Shown here: piece by piece, positions 56,501 to 64,000 of the stretch
Position numbering within the stretch: the stretch's first letter is position 1
How the letters are laid out: each line of letters begins with the position of its first letter
Source of the DNA: Somniosus microcephalus
Lineage: Eukaryota
Reading direction: 5' to 3'
Assembly: GCA_052327205.1 (NCBI GenBank)
Contig: CM126218.1
Span: 21,266,001 to 21,330,000 of the forward strand
Length of the DNA: 64,000 nucleotides
Position numbers and translations under genes: made by a program
Notes under the pieces: model-generated
What the model was told of the DNA's origin: nothing
Database searches by the model: none
What the model saw: only the letters and a program-made list of their open reading frames with translations

Positions 56501-59376
56501 TTTAGTCACCACTGTAAGTAGCTGTCTCTAACCCACACAATCAGTGAATTTAGTCACCACTGTAAGTAGCTGTCTCTAACCCGCACAATCAGTGAATTTA
56601 GTCACCACTGTAAGTAGCTGTCTCTAACCCACACAATCAGTGAATTTAGTCACCACTGTAAGTAGCTGTCTCTAACCCACACAATCAGTGAATTTAGTCA
56701 CCACTGTAAGTAGCTGTCTCTAACCCACACAATCAGTGAATTTAGTCACCACTGTAAGTAGCTGTCTCTAACCCACACAATCAGTGAATTTAGTCACCAC
56801 TGTAAGTAGCTGTCTCTAACCCACACAATCAGTGAATTTAGTCACCACTGCAAGTAGCTGTCTCTAACCCACACAATCAGTGAATTTAGTCACCACTGTA
56901 AGTAGCTGTCTCTAACCCGCACAATCAGTGAATTTAGTCACCACTGTAAGTAGCTGTCTCTAACCCACACAATCAGTGAATTTAGTCACCACTGCAAGTA
57001 GCTGTCTCTAACCCACACAATCAGTGAATTTAGTCACCACTGTAAGTAGCTGTCTCTAACCCGCACAATCAGTGAATTTAGTCACCACTGTAAGTAGCTG
57101 TCTCTAACCCACACAATCAGTGAATTTAGTCACCACTGCAAGTAGCTGTCTCTAACCCACACAATCAGTGAATTTAGTCACCACTGTAAGTAGCTGTCTC
57201 TAACCCGCACAATCAGTGAATTTAGTCACCACTGCAAGTAGCTGTCTCTAACCCACACAATCAGTGAATTTAGTCACCACTGTAAGTAGCTGTCTCTAAC
57301 CCACGCAATCAGTGAATTTAGTCACCACTGTAAGTAGCTGTCTCTAACCCACACAATCAGTGAATTTAGTCACCACTGTAAGTAGCTGTCTCTAACCCAC
57401 ACAATCAGTGAATTTAGTCACCACTGTAAGTAGCTGTCTCTAACCCACACAATCAGTGAATTTAGTCACCACTGTAAGTAGCTGTCTCTAACCCACACAA
57501 TCAGTGAATTTAGTCACCACTGTAAGTAGCTGTCTCTAACCCGCACAATCAGTGAATTTAGTCACCACTGCAAGTAGCTGTCTCTAACCCACACAATCAG
57601 TGAATTTAGTCACCACTGCAAGTAGCTGTCTCTAACCCGCACAATCAGTGAATTTAGTCACCACTGTAAGTAGCTGTCTCTAACCCACGCAATCAGTGAA
57701 TTTAGTCACCACTGTAAGTAGCTGTCTCTAACCCACACAATCAGTGAATTTAGTCACCACTGTAAGTAGCTGTCTCTAACCCACACAATCAGTGAATTTA
57801 GTCACCACTGCAAGTAGCTGTCTCTAACCCACACAATCAGTGAATTTAGTCACCACTGTAAGTAGCTGTCTCTAACCCACACAATCAGTGAATTTAGTCA
57901 CCACTGCAAGTAGCTGTCTCTAACCCACACAATCAGTGAATTTAGTCACCACTGTAAGTAGCTGTCTCTAACCCACACAATCAGTGAATTTAGTCACCAC
58001 TGTAAGTAGCTGTCTCTAACCCACGCAATCAGTGAATTTAGTCACCACTGTAAGTAGCTGTCTCTAACCCACACAATCAGTGAATTTAGTCACCACTGTA
58101 AGTAGCTGTCTCTAACCCACACAATCAGTGAATTTAGTCACCACTGTAAGTAGCTGTCTCTAACCCACACAATCAGTGAATTTAGTCACCACTGTAAGTA
58201 GCTGTCTCTAACCCACACAATCAGTGAATTTAGTCACCACTGTAAGTAGCTGTCTCTAACCCGCACAATCAGTGAATTTAGTCACCACTGCAAGTAGCTG
58301 TCTCTAACCCACACAATCAGTGAATTTAGTCACCACTGCAAGTAGCTGTCTCTAACCCGCACAATCAGTGAATTTAGTCACCACTGTAAGTAGCTGTCTC
58401 TAACCCACGCAATCAGTGAATTTAGTCACCACTGTAAGTAGCTGTCTCTAACCCACACAATCAGTGAATTTAGTCACCACTGTAAGTAGCTGTCTCTAAC
58501 CCACACAATCAGTGAATTTAGTCACCACTGCAAGTAGCTGTCTCTAACCCACACAATCAGTGAATTTAGTCACCACTGTAAGTAGCTGTCTCTAACCCAC
58601 GCAATCAGTGAATTTAGTCACCACTGTAAGTAGCTGTCTCTAACCCACACAATCAGTGAATTTAGTCACCACTGTAAGTAGCTGTCTCTAACCCACACAA
58701 TCAGTGAATTTAGTCACCACTGTAAGTAGCTGTCTCTAACCCACACAATCAGTGAATTTAGTCACCACTGTAAGTAGCTGTCTCTAACCCACGCAATCAG
58801 TGAATTTAGTCACCACTGCAAGTAGCTGTCTCTAACCCACACAATCAGTGAATTTAGTCACCACTGTAAGTAGCTGTCTCTAACCCGCACAATCAGTGAA
58901 TTTAGTCACCACTGCAAGTAGCTGTCTCTAACCCACACAATCAGTGAATTTAGTCACCACTGTAAGTAGCTGTCTCTAACCCACACAATCAGTGAATTTA
59001 GTCACCACTGTAAGTAGCTGTCTCTAACCCGCACAATCAGTGAATTTAGTCACCACTGTAAGTAGCTGTCTCTAACCCACACAATCAGTGAATTTAGTCA
59101 CCACTGTAAGTAGCTGTCTCTAACCCGCACAATCAGTGAATTTAGTCACCACTGTAAGTAGCTGTCTCTAACCCACACAATCAGTGAATTTAGTCACCAC
59201 TGTAAGTAGCTGTCTCTAACCCACACAATCAGTGAATTTAGTCACCACTGTAAGTAGCTGTCTCTAACCCACACAATCAGTGAATTTAGTCACCACTGTA
59301 AGTAGCTGTCTCTAACCCACACAATCAGTGAATTTAGTCACCACTGTAAGTAGCTGTCTCTAACCCGCACAATCAG
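53569..59376. repeat. Satellite/minisatellite: 121 copies of a 48-bp unit
   Basis: Unit TGAATTTAGTCACCACTG[T/C]AAGTAGCTGTCTCTAACCC[A/G]C[A/G]CAATCAG. 5808 bp = 121 x 48. No indels seen. Stop codons in all six frames. Confidence 0.97.
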
Positions 59377-59475
59377 TACCAACATCCTCAAAGGTCATCA
59401 GAGACTGCCGAAGGTTACAGTTCTAGCCAGTTGCATATGATTTTGAGACACTATAGACCCAAACGTTGACACTAA

Positions 59476-59990
59476 GGACTGGATTTCCCTCGTTGAGGTG
59501 AATGGGTGGAGCAACGGCTGGGGGAGTGTAACGTCCGCCCATGCCTCCGATTCTGCCACAACCCTGACCCATTTCCCTGGGTTGGGGAGAACATCGGCCA
59601 TGCAGCGCAGGCTCCCAGCTGGTTTGACAGAGATCAAGGCCTACAAAGGTAAATGCCAGCCGTCAAATTTGAGGGAGAGGAGGCCTCCCTCCATTTACAG
59701 ACGTAGGCGCCAATACTGTCACTACCCCATGCCTAGCGTCACCTTCGACCAGGTGGTCGCAGGGAGCGGTAGTAAGAGAGGCGAAGGGACGGAAATGGAG
59801 TGGGAAGCGGACCTTGCGCCCCATATTTATACGCAGTGGGCGAGGTATGGTTGGCCAGTTGTGGTCCCAGCAGGGGGAGGAGAGCAACAAATCCAGGTCA
59901 TGGCAGTAGGCCTCACTGCCCCATTTTCCCATCATTCCCATCGCTATCCCGTCTGATTTGAGCCATTTATAGCGTATGAAAATCCAAGCC
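59476..59990. mobile_element. Harbinger-type MITE
   Basis: Imperfect TIRs GGACTGGATTTCC / GAAAATCCAAGCC, TSD TAA (59473-75, 59991-93). Confidence 0.68.
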
Positions 59991-60182
59991 TAAATATTTC
60001 ACAATAAAACATTCACAAATATAACAAGTGACTTCCCTGCATCTTAACCGCCCCCCTCTCTTGCACGCATACCAGATGGTTTCCACTTGAAGTGTCGTTT
60101 ATTAATACAGCAGATAACTATAGAATTCACAAGTGCTGTTGGGTCTGTTCCATTTTCTAAACTCATTTGGAAACTTGATGTT

Positions 60183-61110
60183 AAGAACATAAGAACATAA
60201 GAAATAGGAGCAGGAGTAGGCCATACGGCCCCTCGGGCCTGCTCCGCCATTCAATAGGATCATGGCTGATCTGAATCTAGACTCACATCCACTTCCCTGC
60301 CCTCTCCCCGTAACCCCTAATTCCCTTATCTGCTAGGAAAATGTCTATCTCCATTTTAAATTTATTAAATGTTGCAGCTTCCACAGCTCTCTGGGGTAGC
60401 AAATTCCATAGATTTACTACCCTCTGAGTGAAGAAGTTTCTCCTCATCTCAGTTTTGAAAGGGCAGCCCCTTATTCTAAGATTATGCCCCCTAGTTCTAG
60501 TCTCACCCATCAGTGGAAACGTCCTTACCGCATCCACCCGATCAAGCCCCCTCACAATCTTATATGTTTCGATAAGATCGCCTCTCATTCTTCTGAACTC
60601 CAATGAGTAGAGTCCCAACCTACTCGACCTTTCCTCATACGTCAACCCCCTCATCTCTGGAATCAACCGAGTGAACCTTCTCTGAACCGCCTCGAGAGCA
60701 AGTATATCTTTTCTTAAATATGTAAACCAAAACTGCATGCAGTATTCCAGGTGTGGCCTCACCAATACCCTGTATAACTGCAGCAAGACTTCCCTGTTTT
60801 TATACTCCATCCCCCTTGCAATAAAAGCCAAGATTCCATTGGCCTTCCTGATCACCTGCTGCACCTGCATACTAACTTTTTGTGTTTCATGCACCAGGAC
60901 CCCCAGATCCCTTTGTACTGTAGCACTTTGCAGTTTCTCTCCATTTAGATAATAACTTGCTCTTTGATTTTTTCTGCCAAAGTGCATAACCTCACACTTT
61001 CCAACATTATATTGCATCTGCCAAATCTCTGCCCACTCACTTAGCCTGTCTATGTCCTTTTGCAGGTTTTTTATGTCCTCCTCACTCATTGCTTTCCCTC
61101 CCATCTTTGT
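60183..61110 (-). mobile_element. CR1 LINE, 5'-truncated 3' fragment (same subfamily as 25625-29685)
   Basis: ORF 60283-61104 closely matches the C-terminus of the 983-aa ORF2. (AAGAACAT)n tail. Confidence 0.92.
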
Positions 61111-62299
61111 ATCCCATCTAGATCTTGTATCAAATCAATGTACCAAAATTCCCTGTATGATGTATGGTGGGTACATTTTCAATGCACTTGCTGTTCTTTC
61201 CATGTTTCAGCCACAAGTTAAGTCTCATCACATATCATAAAATCTATTAAGAACTTGCTACGGCACATTTCCCCTCAAGCTGAATTTTACTTTAAAGTAA
61301 TCTCAGCGTAATCTCCAGCCACTGCTGATTCTTTAGATGCTTGTGAGGAAACATGCAGGCTCAGAGTTCTTATTTCCCCTAATGATGCTCTGCATCCAGA
61401 CGTGTTACTTCCATAAATACCTCTAGAAAGCTGAGACTAATTAAATGTTCATTACACCGTTGTTTAGCAAACTGAACCACAGCTTGTGAAAATAAATGAC
61501 TTGCACGGCATGCTACACTTTCATTCACTGTGCAGAATAGACTGTGACTGATTTCCATCAGTTAATCAGGCTGTGCCAAGTTTTACTCACAGATACTATT
61601 AAGGCCCTGATTTTTTTTTTCTGTCTAGTTCTGTGTGCAAAACTGTGGACAAACTGCTGAGAAAACCAAGATGAATAGCAGGCAATGAGACAAAGCTTTT
61701 CATCCCACTGTGCCCCCGTCCTTCCAATAGGCCACGTACGGTCAAAGAAAAAAGATAATCAACTCTCTGGAACAAATCACATGTCGTCGTATCATCTTGT
61801 AATTTCCCCCGTTTGTAGAACTTCCACATTTGAAGATTCAGGTGTAAATTTGAATGGTAACGGTTACATGGCCCTCAACCAGAAAATCCATTGTGCCTTC
61901 TGTACGCGAGATGGGCTGTGTGCCTGTATGGTAGGAGGCATTCTCTTCCGCTTTTTTATTTGGTGCCTTTCTAAGTCCCATTTCATCAAATCTATCATCT
62001 CGCTTCCCTCGCTCAGATTTTCTTCCAGCATCAAACTGCACACTGTGAGCGAGTCTCACTTGCTCCGTTCATATGTTGCAGTCACATAAAGAGGGAAGGC
62101 TGTCTGTTGAGGCACACGGCTGGGCACCAGGAACTGCCCCCAAGTCCAGATGTAAGTTTCTTCGCACTAGTCGGAAGGAAGGTAACATTTTGCTGGTGGT
62201 GCAAATCCTAATTTGTGCTTCTGTTGAGTGCAAATTCCGGTTGTCTGTGTCAAGACAACGGTTGCGCCAGGCACAAAGAGAAAAGAACTGTTACCCCTT

Positions 62300-62660
62300 T
62301 TTAACAGAACTGAAACGGACCATTCAGCCCAACCAGTTTGTGTTGGTGTTTATCCTCCACTCCAGCAGGAGTCCTAATCCTGTGTGCCTGCCCTGTTACC
62401 AAATTTCGTTGTCCCTCTTCCCTTCAACCACCTATCTAACCTAGTCTTAAAAGTTGCCATGGTCTCTGCTTCAGTCACTAACTCTGGTAGTGCATTCCAC
62501 ATGCTCACAACTTTCTATGTAAAAATGTCTTTCCTGCTGTCTGTCTAAATCGCTTCCATTTCATCTTATGTCTATGTCCCCCTCATTCTAGATCCCTCAA
62601 CAACTGGAAACAGGCTGTTTCTATCTACTCTGTCCCACCCCTTCATAATTTTAAACACCA
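62300..62660 (-). mobile_element. Old CR1 3' end fragment
   Basis: Reverse complement gives FKIMKGWDRVDRNSLFP...SRMRGH and a CR1-like 3' UTR hairpin. Confidence 0.6.
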
Positions 62661-64000
62661 AGTGACCATAATATGGTGAGATTTAAGGTGGTCATGGAAA
62701 AGGACAGGGATGGGCCGGAAATAAAGGTTCTAAATTGGGGGAAGGCCGATTTTAATAGGATAAGGCAGGATCTGGCCAAAATGGACTGGGATCAGCTACT
62801 TGTAGGAAAATCCGCATCGGAGCAATGGGAGGCTTTCAGAAGGGAGATTGAGATCATACAATGGCAACATGTTCCCGTAAAGGTCAAGGGTGGTTCCAAA
62901 AACCACAGGGAACCTTGGATGTCAGGGGATATACGAGAATGGATTAGAAAAAAAAGGAGGGCTTTTGGCAGATACAAAAGGCTAAAGACGGAGGAAGCCC
63001 TAGAGGAGTACAAAAAGTGCAGGGGGATACTTAAAAAAGAAATTAGGAGATCAAGGAGGGGCCATGAAATAACACTGGCGAGCAAAATAAAGGAAAATCC
63101 TAAGATGTTTTATAAGTATATTAAGGGTAAGAGGATAACTAGGGAAAAAATAGGGCCCATTAGGGACAAAAGTGGCAACCTGTGTGTGGAGCCGGAAGAT
63201 GTAGGAGGGGTTCTAAATGAATTTTTTGCATCTGTTTTCACTATGGAGAGGGACGATGTAGACATAGAAATAGGGCGGGGGGACTGTGATATGCTCGAAC
63301 ATATTAACATCGAGAGGGAGGAGGTATTGGCGGTTTTAGCAGGCCTAAAAATGGATAAATCCCCAGGCCCGGACGAAATGTATCCCAGGCTGCTGTGTGA
63401 GGCAAAGGAAGAGATTGCGGGGGCTCTAACACATATATTCAGAACCTCTCTGGCCACAGGGGATGTGCCAGAGGACTGGAGAACCGCTAGTGTAGTACCA
63501 TTATTCAAGAAGGGGAGTAGGGAAAAACCGGGGAACTACAGGCCAGTGAGCCTAACATCAGTGGTAGGAAAATTATTGGAAAAAATTCTGAGGGACAAAA
63601 TTAGCCTCCACTTGGAGAGGCAAGGATTAATCAGGGATAGTCAACATGGCTTTGTCAAGGGAAGATCATGTCTGACTAATTTGATTGAATTTTTTGAGGG
63701 GGTGATTAGGTGTGTGGATGAGGGTAACGCAGTGGATGTGGTATACATGGATTTCAGTAAGGCCTTCGATAAAGTCCCGCACAGGAGACTGGTCAAGAAG
63801 GTAAGAGCCCATGGAATCCAGGGTGCCTTGGCACATTGGATACAAAACTGGCTTAGTGGCAGAAGGCAGAGGGTGATGGTCGAAGGTTGTTTTTGTGACT
63901 GGAAGCCTGTGGCCAGTGGGGTACCACAGGGATCGGTGCTGGGTCCCTTGCTGTTTGTGGTCTACATTAATGACTTGGATATGAATGTAAAAGGTATGAT
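62661..64000 (+). mobile_element. CR1 LINE ORF2 fragment (end of endonuclease to RT), open to the window edge
   Basis: SDHNMVRFK...LNWGKADF...DKSPGPDEMYPRLL...[13 protein letters not shown]...[13 protein letters not shown]...[13 protein letters not shown]. No stop seen, so it is absent from the ORF track. Confidence 0.9.

Noticed and set aside
53569-59376. CRISPR array or repetitive coding exon
   Set aside because: Units are contiguous with no unique spacers, there are no cas genes, the context is eukaryotic, and all six frames contain stops.

Overview
Eukaryotic, repeat-dominated DNA, most likely from a cartilaginous fish (shark), judged from an HE1/V-SINE, Deu/SacSINE-like and LF-SINE-like SINEs, and abundant CR1 LINEs. 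No host protein-coding gene could be identified with confidence. The window is a stack of nested transposable elements whose boundaries can often be fixed by target-site duplications (TSDs). (1) A hAT transposon and a Harbinger MITE sit inside a decayed Gypsy pol. (2) A CR1 contains a two-gene Harbinger (transposase + Myb/SANT gene), which contains a CR1 with an uninterrupted ORF2. (3) A second Harbinger family contains a CR1, which contains a Harbinger MITE and a Penelope element. (4) An old CR1 contains an inverted Penelope pLTR pair, which contains a complete young Gypsy element with apparently identical 235-bp LTRs. That Gypsy element is the most unusual feature. It has no tRNA primer-binding site. 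Instead a 14-nt leader segment is perfectly complementary to the poly(A)-signal region of its own LTR, a hairpin spans the LTR end, and its RT catalytic motif is YLDN rather than YxDD. Penelope pLTRs carry minimal hammerhead-ribozyme motifs. A 121 x 48-bp satellite (53569-59376) varies at only three positions, and each unit contains donor-, branch- and acceptor-like splice motifs. All family assignments come from motif recognition by eye, not from database searches.
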